Origin: Candidatus Bathyarchaeota archaeon
GTDB lineage: Archaea > Thermoproteota > Bathyarchaeia > 40CM-2-53-6
Direction: 5' to 3'
Length of the DNA stretch: 64,000 bases
Assembly (NCBI GenBank): GCA_963753065.1
Contig: CAVWAQ010000002.1
Span: 535 to 64,534, forward strand
Part shown: one piece after another, positions 25,273 through 34,965 of the stretch
Position numbering within the stretch: position 1 is the stretch's first letter
How the letters are laid out: the number at the start of each line of letters is the position of its first letter
The notes under the pieces: model-generated
What the model saw: the letters and a program-made list of their open reading frames with translations, nothing else
What the model was told of the DNA's origin: nothing
Database searches by the model: none
Program-made: the position numbers and the translations under genes

Positions 25273-26919
25273 TTGGCAACCGAAAAGAAAGTCTTCGTTA
25301 GAAAAGCTACAGGGCTCGTCAGAGAAATCGGATTCTGGACCGCAGCAATCATCGTCTTCTGCAACGTCGTCGGCCTGGGCTGGCAGAAGAGAGTCTTCCA
25401 GTTCACAGGACCCGCGATCGTGCCAGAAAGCAGCTATGTCCTAGGAATGCCACCAGTTACGATGTCCTTCCTGATCGTAGGAATCATCGTGCTATTGACG
25501 GTATTCATGTTCGCAGTGCTCTCAGCGGCAATGCCGAGGTCTGGAGGCGGCTATGTGTATATCTCGAGAATTACTCACCCAGTCGTCGGATTCTTGGCAT
25601 CGTGGCTCGAGTACTTCAGCATCACAGTCTCATGGGGTCAGATAGGAGTTGCCGTCTTTGAGGCCATTACTATCTACTCATGGCTTGCAGGCTGGTCAGC
25701 AAACTGGTACTCTCCCGAAGTCGGGTTCATCGGCGGCATGATAATAGTCGTCGTCTTCGCGGGCATTGCATACTTCGGCGCCTCGATGACTGGAAGGATC
25801 CTGCAAATCATGTTCTGGATCCCTGCAATAATCACCATAGTTCTCTATGGTTTCATGCTCTCAGCAACGCCAGCAATCATGGAAACAGGAGTGAAGGCCT
25901 TAACCGGCCTCTCGCCGACACAGTTCACTCAAATGGCTCTGGATCAGGGTATGGCAACTTCATTTACCGGTGGCTACTGGGGAGCAATGGCTGCCGCCAC
26001 AATTGGCACCTACTGGGCATTCATCGGATTCGCAGCATCAACGTTTGTCGGCGGTGAGGTCAAGGAGGCAGGCAAGGCGCTTCCTAGGACGCTCTTTGCC
26101 GCAAACATCATCATCATCCTGCTCTACGTCAGCATATCCTACGTGTCATCCCATGCTGCAATGCTCGTTGGCAAAATCGGTGACTACTCGTTCTTCAGCG
26201 CTTACGCGTTCTTGTCCTATGGTCCATACACAGGGGCGGGACTACCAGCAAATGTCGCCAGAGCCTGGATGCCGACCATTGCAGGATTCAGCGCAGCCGG
26301 CATGGGAGCGTACTGGTTCTTGGCAATCATCCCGATCTTCGCAGTGTTGTGGGTGGCGAACGACATCCCACCGTTCATCATAACCTCCTCGCGAATCATC
26401 TTTGCAATGTCATTCGACCGTGTGCTTCCGGAGAAGCTCTCAGAAGTCAACGAGAGATGGCACTCTCCCACCAATGCAATACTTGTCACGATGGTCGTCG
26501 CCTTCATCGGATGCTTTGCAGAGTCCGACATCCTAACCAAGTATATACCCGGCACCTTCATACAAGCCTACATAAACTCAGGCGGAGGAGTGACTGCAAC
26601 TGACATCTGGGACACGCTCTTCTTCCTACTGTCTTCCTTCGCAGGAATGCTATTGGTCTTCAGACGCAACGACATCTACGAGAAGTCGCCATTCAAACCA
26701 GGAAGATGGGTGGTTGCAGGCATTGGCCTGATTGCCACGGTGGCAAACATCTATCTGCTCTACCTCGTAGGAACAGGATATGGCGGCGACTATCACCCAT
26801 GGGTCTTCACCCTATTCCTATTAGTAGTGGGTGCCATCATCTACTACTACTACAGGACCAAAGGCAGCAGGACCGGAGTCGACTACGCGACGATATACGC
26901 AGAAATCCCACCAGAGTAA
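25273..26919 (+). CDS. APC-family amino acid/polyamine transporter
   Basis: The 548-aa ORF has about 12-14 TM segments and an N-terminal motif (RKATGLVREIGFWTAAIIVFCNVVGLG) typical of APC permeases. Confidence 0.85.
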   Translation: MATEKKVFVRKATGLVREIGFWTAAIIVFCNVVGLGWQKRVFQFTGPAIVPESSYVLGMPPVTMSFLIVGIIVLLTVFMFAVLSAAMPRSGGGYVYISRITHPVVGFLASWLEYFSITVSWGQIGVAVFEAITIYSWLAGWSANWYSPEVGFIGGMIIVVVFAGIAYFGASMTGRILQIMFWIPAIITIVLYGFMLSATPAIMETGVKALTGLSPTQFTQMALDQGMATSFTGGYWGAMAAATIGTYWAFIGFAASTFVGGEVKEAGKALPRTLFAANIIIILLYVSISYVSSHAAMLVGKIGDYSFFSAYAFLSYGPYTGAGLPANVARAWMPTIAGFSAAGMGAYWFLAIIPIFAVLWVANDIPPFIITSSRIIFAMSFDRVLPEKLSEVNERWHSPTNAILVTMVVAFIGCFAESDILTKYIPGTFIQAYINSGGGVTATDIWDTLFFLLSSFAGMLLVFRRNDIYEKSPFKPGRWVVAGIGLIATVANIYLLYLVGTGYGGDYHPWVFTLFLLVVGAIIYYYYRTKGSRTGVDYATIYAEIPPE

Positions 26920-26935
26920 GAGCTTCCATCCCCCC

Positions 26936-26958
26936 TTTCTTTTTTTCCTTCTTTTTCT
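26936..26958 (+). terminator. Oligo-T tract, candidate archaeal intrinsic terminator
   Basis: CTTTCTTTTTTTCCTTCTTTTTC lies 17 nt after the permease stop codon. Confidence 0.35.
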
Positions 26959-27030
26959 ATCCTCTTGAGCAACGCGTCTGCACGATGATCTGGGGTCGCG
27001 TTTCACTCAACTTATTATGGTCGACTTCGA

Positions 27031-27558
27031 GTGTGCTTGGCTAGGACCCATCTGGATGTGCCTTACTTGAGTTCAGAAGAACGTGCCATTGAGAAGCTTG
27101 AGAAACAGATGATGAAGGGCCGGGGAAGATGGGTCGCGGACTTCAACGAATCATTCTTGAAGTATCGAGTCGGAGACGTGACTTTCGATCTCTTCATCTC
27201 TGGGACCACGCGAATGAAGGGTTTCATCTTGTCTCGTCTATTCTCGTTCTTGCTGAATCCCAACTATGATGTGGGCTTTTTCGCAACATCTGTGGGCCAA
27301 GATAATGGACCGAATGAGAGAAAGCTTAGAAAATGGATTCTGGCCGTTAAATCTTGTATGGAAAAGTGGCGACGCCCGGGGATGAAGTGGGCGTGGCTAG
27401 TGCTTGTGGGCCAATCTCCCAATGAGGCCACCCAGAAATTCATGCGAGAGTCGACTGACCGCAGTGTAGGCGTCGCCTACGTCGATGTCAACTCGCGTAA
27501 AATCACAGGTGCAGACACATATCTCGGGAGGCAACTGAAGAGGTACATCAAGGTCTAG
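27031..27558 (+). CDS. Hypothetical protein
   Basis: This 175-aa ORF has no confident motif. It forms a tight two-gene unit with 27568-28002. Confidence 0.4.
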   Translation: MCLARTHLDVPYLSSEERAIEKLEKQMMKGRGRWVADFNESFLKYRVGDVTFDLFISGTTRMKGFILSRLFSFLLNPNYDVGFFATSVGQDNGPNERKLRKWILAVKSCMEKWRRPGMKWAWLVLVGQSPNEATQKFMRESTDRSVGVAYVDVNSRKITGADTYLGRQLKRYIKV

Positions 27559-27567
27559 GGGACAGGG

Positions 27568-28002
27568 ATGGAAGAGAAGCGTTCTCCAATTCAAATCTAC
27601 AATCTATTCAAGTCGTTCGTGGCGATGTTCATGATCCAGGCAGTGATCATCATGTTCACGCCTCAGCAAGTCGTAGCCCCAATCTGGTACCAGATTCTCG
27701 CCGTGAACTTTGTAGTCGCTGGCGTGCTTGGCTGGTATCTATACAAGCATTGGTACCACATGGTGTTCTCATACGATGATGCCGGATTCCGGTTGCAGAA
27801 AGGAAATAACACCCCCATCGATCACAGTTGGAAGGAGTTCTCACGAGTGTCCCTCGCCAGAGGCGAGTATGGTGAGTACACAGTCAGGCTGTACTCGGAT
27901 GATCAACCGACCGAGATACCGGTCTCTAAGCTGAGGCTGGAACCGTTTCAGTTCAGGCTCAGGGTAATTGATCTTGTGGCGAAGGCTACGGAGTCTTCCT
28001 AA
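27568..28002 (+). CDS. Membrane protein with two N-terminal TMs and a small soluble C-terminal domain (hypothetical)
   Basis: The 144-aa ORF has hydrophobic segments FVAMFMIQAVIIMF and ILAVNFVVAGVLGWYLY. Confidence 0.45.
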   Translation: MEEKRSPIQIYNLFKSFVAMFMIQAVIIMFTPQQVVAPIWYQILAVNFVVAGVLGWYLYKHWYHMVFSYDDAGFRLQKGNNTPIDHSWKEFSRVSLARGEYGEYTVRLYSDDQPTEIPVSKLRLEPFQFRLRVIDLVAKATESS

Positions 28003-28950
28003 CTATCCTTCTACTCTTTGCAGTCTCGTTACTTTGGCTCCGTCAAGCTCCACGAGGTACGCTCGCAGTATTCCCTCGCCGTATTCGCTGCCTGGATTGA
28101 CGCACTGTGTCCGTCCGATCTTGAGGTAGCCGGAGCTTTCGTGGATATGGCCATGAAGACCCAGCAACGGTTGGTACTTCTCGATGATCGCTCTCACAGA
28201 CTTTGAACCCACCGGTATCATCAGGGGTCTGCCAGAAACGTAGACGGGTGTCAAGTCAGGATTCAGTTTTGGAGCTGAGTCGATTTGAGAATCATATGGT
28301 GGGCAGTGGAGACAGAAGACTGCGGTTTCGAGATTCTTCACCTTGGCAACCGTCCTCTCAAGCTTCTCCATCATCACTTCCTCAGAACATTCGCGGGGCG
28401 TATGCCATGGTGTCGGATTGCTCCAACCGCAGCAAGCGACCTCGTGTTGATCATCTAGTGAGACAACTTCCTCCTCGCCATAGGTTACGTTCTTGTCGGC
28501 TCGTATCACATCATCGATGGCAAGGACATCATCGTTTCCCGGCGTCAGTATGACTCGGCATTTCTGGGGGACCTTCTCAGGCACGAGTTTCAGCCATTCC
28601 TTGATCACTTTGATCTGAAGTCCCTCGAAGACTTTCTCCCTCAAGTCCTCGTCTTCCCCGATTTTGGCTGCTTCTTCAGATGTGGTCTGGTAGGGCAAAT
28701 AGCTGAGTTTGCGTATCTTCTTCTCATACTCCGGGAGGTCGCTTTCCTTGAGGATGCTCGCTTCCCCGAACAATGAGGCATTGTAGCTCCCGTCCGCTCG
28801 CTTGTATATCGGGATGATCATTTTCCCAGTCATGTCGCCACTGATGACGAGCGCGTCAAGGTTGAAGATCTTTGCCGAATTCAGGAACTTTCTCCACACG
28901 ACCTCCGATCCGTGAAGGTCCGTAGAGAATAGGAATCTTACCTTAGTCAA
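28003..28950 (-). CDS. Calcineurin-like metallophosphoesterase
   Basis: The motifs are STDLHGS, VISGDMTGK, PGNDD, and GLHGHIHES. Confidence 0.8.
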   Translation of the reverse strand: MTKVRFLFSTDLHGSEVVWRKFLNSAKIFNLDALVISGDMTGKMIIPIYKRADGSYNASLFGEASILKESDLPEYEKKIRKLSYLPYQTTSEEAAKIGEDEDLREKVFEGLQIKVIKEWLKLVPEKVPQKCRVILTPGNDDVLAIDDVIRADKNVTYGEEEVVSLDDQHEVACCGWSNPTPWHTPRECSEEVMMEKLERTVAKVKNLETAVFCLHCPPYDSQIDSAPKLNPDLTPVYVSGRPLMIPVGSKSVRAIIEKYQPLLGLHGHIHESSGYLKIGRTQCVNPGSEYGEGILRAYLVELDGAKVTRLQRVEG

Positions 28951-28999
28951 CTCTGGGAATCCTCCATTGTCACCGGTTCGTTTTGGTGGCTATGGTGCC

Positions 29000-29797
29000 C
29001 TAGGACGACCCTGATAAGGTATCCCTTTGGACTTCCTCGACCACATTGTACCATTTCCTAGCAGTGCCGACTTTGGATCTCATCTTCCATTTCAAAGTCT
29101 TAGGCTCCTTCTCTATCGCATCACTAATCGCGGAAATCCTGCCTTCAATGTTCTTGCGGTCATCAACTGAAAGTCCCGGGCATTGGCCGACATAGTCGTG
29201 CAGTTTCTTCATATTCGTCGAGACAGTATAGTAGAATCCCCAATCGTCCGCGAGGGTCTTTGCGACGAGGTTTAGGTTAATCGTGTCATTGTCGACACTC
29301 CCCACTGGGTGTTCGCGTAGGAGTATGCACATGTCCGCCCAGTCCTTCTCGTTCATGTCGCAGATCTGCGCTTTCAGAAGGAAGAGTTCGGCCGGGGGGA
29401 CTGTCGGGTTATCGACCTCGAGCCTTCCTCTGAAATCTATGACATGGCACATTGGCAATATGTCGAGGAACACGTCGATTGCCTTGTTCCCATCCGCGTC
29501 ATTGAATATCTGTCTGTGCCGCCCTGCCCCACTTGTCATTGCGAGTGTGACGTATGGAGTGTAGCCCATGTCTTTCATGAACTGCCTGGTCAGCGGCCTG
29601 TACTTACTGTAGCTGACAAAGTCCATATCGTGTTTCGGTGCCCGCTTCAGCAACTCGTACATGTGGTCTGACCCGGGACAGTGCATCCGGATGGCGGCTC
29701 CTCCGAGGATACGAAGGAGGATCCCTCTTTGGGCTCCTTGGTCTATGATGCGGAGTATCTCTGCGCGGAAGTCAGCAAATGTCTTGAATTCACTCAT
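29000..29797 (-). CDS. Hypothetical protein, possibly nucleotidyltransferase-fold
   Basis: The 265-aa ORF has LRILGGAAIRMHC...HDMDFV, weakly reminiscent of G-G/S...D-x-D NTase motifs (AbiEii-like length). The similarity is weak. Confidence 0.4.
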   Translation of the reverse strand: MSEFKTFADFRAEILRIIDQGAQRGILLRILGGAAIRMHCPGSDHMYELLKRAPKHDMDFVSYSKYRPLTRQFMKDMGYTPYVTLAMTSGAGRHRQIFNDADGNKAIDVFLDILPMCHVIDFRGRLEVDNPTVPPAELFLLKAQICDMNEKDWADMCILLREHPVGSVDNDTINLNLVAKTLADDWGFYYTVSTNMKKLHDYVGQCPGLSVDDRKNIEGRISAISDAIEKEPKTLKWKMRSKVGTARKWYNVVEEVQRDTLSGSS

Positions 29798-30328
29798 TCT
29801 GGCTACACTTCTGGCTTGTCTTGGAGACTTCTACTATCTCTCCTCGGGATAGGGACTCCTAGGTGTATATAGAGGGAACGGATGACCTCCGACCCATCAC
29901 GTCGTGACGCGCGTTCCGCCCTTCGAGATTCCATGGTTTGGCTAGGTTCCAACAACGAGTTTCTGCGTTTAGAAGGTAACTCTGCGGTTGGTTTCTCGTA
30001 TTCAACAGACTCTCTTGTCGAAGACTGAACCGTTACGCGTCATGGGATGACTCTTCCCGAATCCGGATGAATGTCATCGTTCGACACGATGACTTTGGAG
30101 CCAGACGCTCGGCGAGGTTCCGGAGCTTCGATGATTTTCTCAGGCATATTTTACATGCGCCTGTAAATGCGTCTTGTCGTCGACATGGTCTAGTGATTCT
30201 TTCACGATAGAACAAGTTCGTTTGTCGACATCACTTCTGAGACATGAGGCTGCATATCGCGGGCTGTTGGTGCTCGAATCCTAATCTAACACGTCGAGGT
30301 GAATGATGCATCTCGGTGAATCAGCAAG

Positions 30329-31138
30329 ATGGGCGCAGCCTTTTCGAAGCGAATGCTTTCGTCTCGGGCCGACGCTCATCATCATGGGGTCGCGGCTGAG
30401 AAGTATCTGTGGTTGGTGTCGCTCGCTGGCATCTTCCTGATTTGGGAGGCCACTGTGCGTTTAGGAATAGTGCCTGGGTCAAAACTGCCGGCATTCACAG
30501 CAACTGTGGCAACTCTCGCTTCGTCCCTTCTTGATCCGCAGTTTCTGACGCGCGTTGCACAGAGCTTCCTGAACTTGACAGGTGGGATACTAGTCGCGCT
30601 CGCTTTGGCCTTACCCCTCGCCATCTTCGCGGGCTTACGGAACAGGTTCGACACGACGTTGACTCCGCTGGTGATGCTGGGCGGCGCCTTACCCGACATT
30701 GCCCTACTGCCTGTGCTGGTCTTGTGGATCGGGCCGGGCAACGCCGCTGCTATCACAATCGCTGCCTTCAGCGCTTTCTTCCCCATGTACTTCACAATTC
30801 GGGAAGGCACGAAGGACATTCCAAAGGATCTCTTCCACGTCGCCGCAGTCTTCAACACCGGAAGATTCGATACGTTTCGAAAATTGATACTGCCCGCCGT
30901 GTCTCCTCAACTCTTTACTGGATTGAGGTTGGCATACGACTTTGTGTGGGAGATCGTTCTCGCAATCGAGATCTTCTCCGGCGTGACCGGGGTGGGCTCG
31001 TACATATCAGGCGCAGTCGGGGCAGGTGATATCACACAGGCCTTCGCCGCGATACTTGCCGTTGGCGTGCTGGCCATCGTGATTGACAGGTTGCTTTTCG
31101 GCCGAGCTGAGAGATGGGTCAGGCGGTGGATGGATTGA
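30329..31138 (+). CDS. ABC transporter permease (NitT/TauT-type)
   Basis: The 269-aa ORF has 6 TMs and an EAA-like loop (REGTKDIPKDLFHVAAVFNTGRFDTFRKLILPAVSPQL). Confidence 0.8.
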   Translation: MGAAFSKRMLSSRADAHHHGVAAEKYLWLVSLAGIFLIWEATVRLGIVPGSKLPAFTATVATLASSLLDPQFLTRVAQSFLNLTGGILVALALALPLAIFAGLRNRFDTTLTPLVMLGGALPDIALLPVLVLWIGPGNAAAITIAAFSAFFPMYFTIREGTKDIPKDLFHVAAVFNTGRFDTFRKLILPAVSPQLFTGLRLAYDFVWEIVLAIEIFSGVTGVGSYISGAVGAGDITQAFAAILAVGVLAIVIDRLLFGRAERWVRRWMD

Positions 31139-31146
31139 GCTATCAG

Positions 31147-31962
31147 ATGGAGCTCAAAAACGTCTGCAAGGAATACGACCAGGCAAAGGGATCGATGCCT
31201 GCGATTCAGGACGTGAGCTTCGCCTTGAATCGAGGAGAATTCGCGTGCGTAGTCGGACCAAGTGGGTGCGGCAAATCAACACTTCTGAAAATGGCTGCAG
31301 GCTTGGACACGCCTACGTCTGGCGAAATACGATTCTGCGGGGAACCCGTCACAGGGCCCCACCCGAAGATCAGCATGGTCTTCCAGTCTTTCGCGCTATT
31401 CCCCTGGAGAACAGTTGCGGGTAACGTGGAGTACGGACTTGAAGCTCAAGGCATCCCCAGAGCTGAACGAGTCGACTCCGTCCAGAAGTACTTGGAGATG
31501 GTAGGACTTGCTGGGTACAGCCATCTCTACCCGAAGCAACTCTCAGGCGGAATGAAGCAGCGCGTGGGGATTGCTCGAGCCTTAGCCGTGGACCCAGAGG
31601 TGATATTGATGGATGAAGCCTTCAGTGCGATCGATGAATTCACGGCAGAGACACTGAGAGAAGAAGTCGCGGACATCCATGCTGAGACAGAGAAGACGTT
31701 CGTTCTGGTAACGCACAACCTCGTCGAGGCTGTGGAGCTTGCGGACAAGATCATAGTCCTCAGCTCAAGGCCCGCGCGTGTGAAGACGATAATGGATGTC
31801 AATTTGGATCGGCCAAGAGACAAGACTCACTCCGAGTTCATTCAAGCTCACAAGAGCATTTTCGCGCTCTTGAAGGAAGAGCTTGAGACCACGATCGCAA
31901 GGCACAGGGTGAAGAAGATCTCCGAATTCGAGAAGCTCAGTGACCTTGAGGCAAAGAGCTAG
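31147..31962 (+). CDS. ABC transporter ATP-binding protein (NitT/TauT-type)
   Basis: Walker A is GPSGCGKST, the signature is LSGGMKQRV, and Walker B is ILMDEAFS. The start is the ATG just after the permease stop. Confidence 0.85.
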   Translation: MELKNVCKEYDQAKGSMPAIQDVSFALNRGEFACVVGPSGCGKSTLLKMAAGLDTPTSGEIRFCGEPVTGPHPKISMVFQSFALFPWRTVAGNVEYGLEAQGIPRAERVDSVQKYLEMVGLAGYSHLYPKQLSGGMKQRVGIARALAVDPEVILMDEAFSAIDEFTAETLREEVADIHAETEKTFVLVTHNLVEAVELADKIIVLSSRPARVKTIMDVNLDRPRDKTHSEFIQAHKSIFALLKEELETTIARHRVKKISEFEKLSDLEAKS

Positions 31963-32013
31963 CCGCTACCTATGTACTGCGAATGCAGACGGTGAAACGT
32001 AAGGCGGAACAGT

Positions 32014-32361
32014 CTACTTGAGTTTGGTTCCACACTTCGGGCAGAATTTCCCCGTCAGCGGGACGGATGTTCCGCAATTCGGACAATTGTTCATCGGCGG
32101 GGGAGGAGGCAGGGCGGGTTCAGCCGTTTTCGGTAGCTCAATCTCTTTGCGGAGGAGCACAACGTCCAAGACGGATTGGATATCCTCCCATGAGATTTGA
32201 ATTTCCGATCTCGCCCTGGTCGTAACGATGAGGTTGAACTTCTTCTCTACGATGTTCACTCCAAGGTCCTTGACGGTTCCAACCGCGGAACCTTTGCTGT
32301 CGATAACTTGCATGCCCATGAACTTCTGGGCTGGGACGAACTCTCCCTTCTTTTCGCTCAT
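32014..32361 (-). CDS. PRC-barrel domain protein with a C-terminal zinc ribbon
   Basis: FMGMQVIDSKGSAVGTVKDLGVNI is PRC-barrel-like, and the C-terminus is CPNCG...CPKCG. Confidence 0.7.
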   Translation of the reverse strand: MSEKKGEFVPAQKFMGMQVIDSKGSAVGTVKDLGVNIVEKKFNLIVTTRARSEIQISWEDIQSVLDVVLLRKEIELPKTAEPALPPPPPMNNCPNCGTSVPLTGKFCPKCGTKLK

Positions 32362-32522
32362 AGTGATCAGTGATCAGAAGAATCGCGAAGTTGTCTATAT
32401 ATGTCTGATCAGGTAGCCTGCATGCTGATCCGATGTCGCGTCCTATATGAGCAAGTTCGTGGCAAGAAGGGATTTACAGCTCGCTCGGACTCTGACAGGC
32501 CAAAGCGGAGAGCAGTCATTCG

Positions 32523-33081
32523 ATGAATGCAGCCAATTTCTTCTCAGGAATTGCAGTCATCCTTGTTGGAGTATGCCTCTTCTTCGCGGGCCCTCAGCTA
32601 ATCCTGGTTCCATCGACACACGTTCAAGTCACCGAGCTGTTTCACGATGAAACACTCGCGGTAAGCGAAGTTGGGGAACGCTCTGCCCAACTCGATGAGG
32701 GAGTCACGGTCAACGGCACAGTCACAGTCAGCTCAGCTCTCACAGGAGGGCCCTCTGACATACCGATGTTTGTGGCGGACGACGCAAACTATCAGAAATG
32801 GTCCACTCATGGTAGCCCGACGTATGCATTCCAGAGAGATCTATCAAGTGGCCAGGATTTCTCCTTCACCGTGCCCCGGAACAGGCCTCTACCACTTCGT
32901 CTTCGACAATACAAACTCGCCGGTGAAAAAGAAGGTGACGATGACTGTGGATCTCCAGAAACAGGTCACGATCAACATGCCCGATGAGCGCATTCCATAT
33001 GTTGCCTACGGGGTCATGGCCGTCGGATGCTTGCTCACCGTGGTGGGGATTGTGCGAAAAACCCCAGTCCGCTGGGCATAG
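32523..33081 (+). pseudogene. Membrane-anchored protein split by a +1 frameshift in a C4 run
   Basis: ORFs 32523-32987 and 32671-33081 join if one C of CCCC (32874-32877) is removed, giving ...FSFTVP-GTGLYHFVFDNTNSP.... The product has an N-terminal and a C-terminal TM. Confidence 0.55.
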
Positions 33082-33159
33082 GCTGGGAGCGTCCTCGCAG
33101 AAGGTTCTAAATAGAATCTACACGTAAACGCTCCTCAAGAATGGAAGCGAGAATCAACA

Positions 33160-33450
33160 TTGAGTGGTCTTCTGAAAAAGAGAATCCAAGTTGATCGGAC
33201 TCTTGGAACGGTTGTCGGTGTCTCGGAAGGCACAGTTGTGAGCTATGCTGAGATTCAGAAGGGTCTGCACAAGTACATACATGATCACGGTCTCAGGACC
33301 GACATTCCGAAGCCAACAGCGCCTCCAGCCGTTCAGACTCCTGAACGCGAAGCTCCAGAGAGTCAGGCGCGTGGGGCCTATTGCATCTCGTGCGGCGAGG
33401 CAATTCCGAGCGGTGCAGTATACTGCGACCTTTGCGGAGTACCGCAGTGA
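33160..33450 (+). CDS. Small SWIB/MDM2-like domain protein with a C-terminal zinc ribbon
   Basis: TLGTVVGVSEGTVVSYAEIQKGLHKYIHDHGLR resembles the SWIB core (sR.ev.k.lW.YIk.n.L). The C-terminus is CISCG...CDLCG. Confidence 0.5.
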   Translation: MSGLLKKRIQVDRTLGTVVGVSEGTVVSYAEIQKGLHKYIHDHGLRTDIPKPTAPPAVQTPEREAPESQARGAYCISCGEAIPSGAVYCDLCGVPQ

Positions 33451-33532
33451 ATAGCCGTCTTCCTGGTCGCCGGGTTGACTATAGAAAACACGCCTTTGTG
33501 TTGTTGATTATTAGGTTCACGTCGGTAGATCG

Positions 33533-33542
33533 TATTTAAATA
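33533..33542 (+). promoter_or_regulatory. TATA-box-like element upstream of the HMG-CoA synthase gene
   Basis: TATTTAAATA lies 56 nt upstream of ATG 33598, and a GAGGA Shine-Dalgarno-like motif lies about 14 nt upstream of the ATG. Confidence 0.35.
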
Positions 33543-33597
33543 GGATTTGACGGGTTTAAGTGGCCTTCTAAGTTCTGAGTGAGGATTTCGATTTACG

Positions 33598-34965
33598 ATG
33601 AGTCATAGTGATGTTGGCATCGTAGGGTACGGGGTATACATCCCTATTCAACGAATCAGAACGGAGTTAATCGTCAAAGCCAGAGAAGCGAATAGGAAAG
33701 ACCTCCCTGACTTTCTGAAGAAGGTCAGAGATGGGCTCCTCCTACGATACAAGGCAATCGCGGGCATGGATGAAGATACGATCACGATTGCCTCAGAGGC
33801 CGGCCTGAACGCAATCACGATGGCGGGCGTCGACCCAGAGAAGATCGGTACTGTAGCCGTAGGCTCCGAGTCAAAGCCATATGCGGTTGGAACTATCGCC
33901 AGGCACGTCGCATCCTTCACAGGCATAGGCAGCAGAGTGTATGTCGCCGACCTGGAAGGCGCATGCAACGCTGGGATGCAGGCTTTGAGTTTCGTGCAAG
34001 GCCAAGTCGCAGACGGCAAGATCGATTATGGGCTCGCGATAGGAGCGGATGTTGCGCAGGCGCCCCAAGGTGATCCGCTCGAGTACGCATGCGGTGCAGG
34101 CGCTGGCGCGTTTGTGGTCGGCCGAGATGACCCTGTTGCGTCGATTGAAGACACTGCGGCCTACTCAAGCCTGACGATGGATTTCTGGAGACGGGACGGC
34201 ATGCCCTACCCGAGCCATTTCGGACGAACCACAGTCGAAGCCTACGTCAAGCACGTGATCGGAGCGATCGAACATCTGCTGTCAAGACATCCAGACTTGA
34301 AGCTGATGGATTTTGACTATCTCACATTCCATCAACCTTCCGGCTACATGCCGCTAAAGGCATGCAAGACGCTCTGTCAGGCAAAGATCGAGAGCTTAGA
34401 GGATCAGAGCGTTGAATCGAGGATTCACCTGACGCCGGAGTATGTTGAGGAGAAGGTCAAACCTTGGCTGAGAGTACTGGACACGGGAAACACCTATGCA
34501 GCATCCACTCCAATCGCCTTGTGCGACATCCTGGATCACGCAACTCCAGGAGAGAACATACTCGCGGTTTCATACGGCTCAGGAGCTTACACGATCGCGA
34601 CCTGGTTGAAGGTCCAAGAAGGCATACTAAGGAAGCGTGGCCGCGACTCCAACCGTAGAGCAGTATCTGACACGAAGACGAGAGATCAAGCTGGAGACCT
34701 ATCAAGATCATTTGAGGCAGAAACTGCGCATCGTGAGACGCAGGATCTCGCATCCTCGCATCATCGGCGAAATCGAAGCACTCGATGGCGGCCACATAAC
34801 CGCGACGCTATGCCATGGATGCGAGCGCGTATTCTACCCCGCTCGGGACAGATGTCTCGAATGGGACTGCAAGGGACCTGTGGAGCAAAGACAGTTTCCC
34901 GTTTCCGCGAAGCTTGTGTCATTCAGGAAGCTTCCGATCCAGAGGCGGCTCACGTCAAACTTTGA
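33598..34965 (+). CDS. Archaeal HMG-CoA synthase (thiolase-fold); the recognisable sequence ends near 34633 and the rest of the ORF is out-of-frame read-through
   Basis: The motifs are VGIVGYGVYIP, AVGSESKPYAV, LEGACNAG (catalytic Cys), TFHQPSGYMP and SYGSGA. After ...GILRKRG the translation becomes low-complexity and overlaps the DUF35 ORF. Confidence 0.85.
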   Translation: MSHSDVGIVGYGVYIPIQRIRTELIVKAREANRKDLPDFLKKVRDGLLLRYKAIAGMDEDTITIASEAGLNAITMAGVDPEKIGTVAVGSESKPYAVGTIARHVASFTGIGSRVYVADLEGACNAGMQALSFVQGQVADGKIDYGLAIGADVAQAPQGDPLEYACGAGAGAFVVGRDDPVASIEDTAAYSSLTMDFWRRDGMPYPSHFGRTTVEAYVKHVIGAIEHLLSRHPDLKLMDFDYLTFHQPSGYMPLKACKTLCQAKIESLEDQSVESRIHLTPEYVEEKVKPWLRVLDTGNTYAASTPIALCDILDHATPGENILAVSYGSGAYTIATWLKVQEGILRKRGRDSNRRAVSDTKTRDQAGDLSRSFEAETAHRETQDLASSHHRRNRSTRWRPHNRDAMPWMRARILPRSGQMSRMGLQGTCGAKTVSRFREACVIQEASDPEAAHVKL

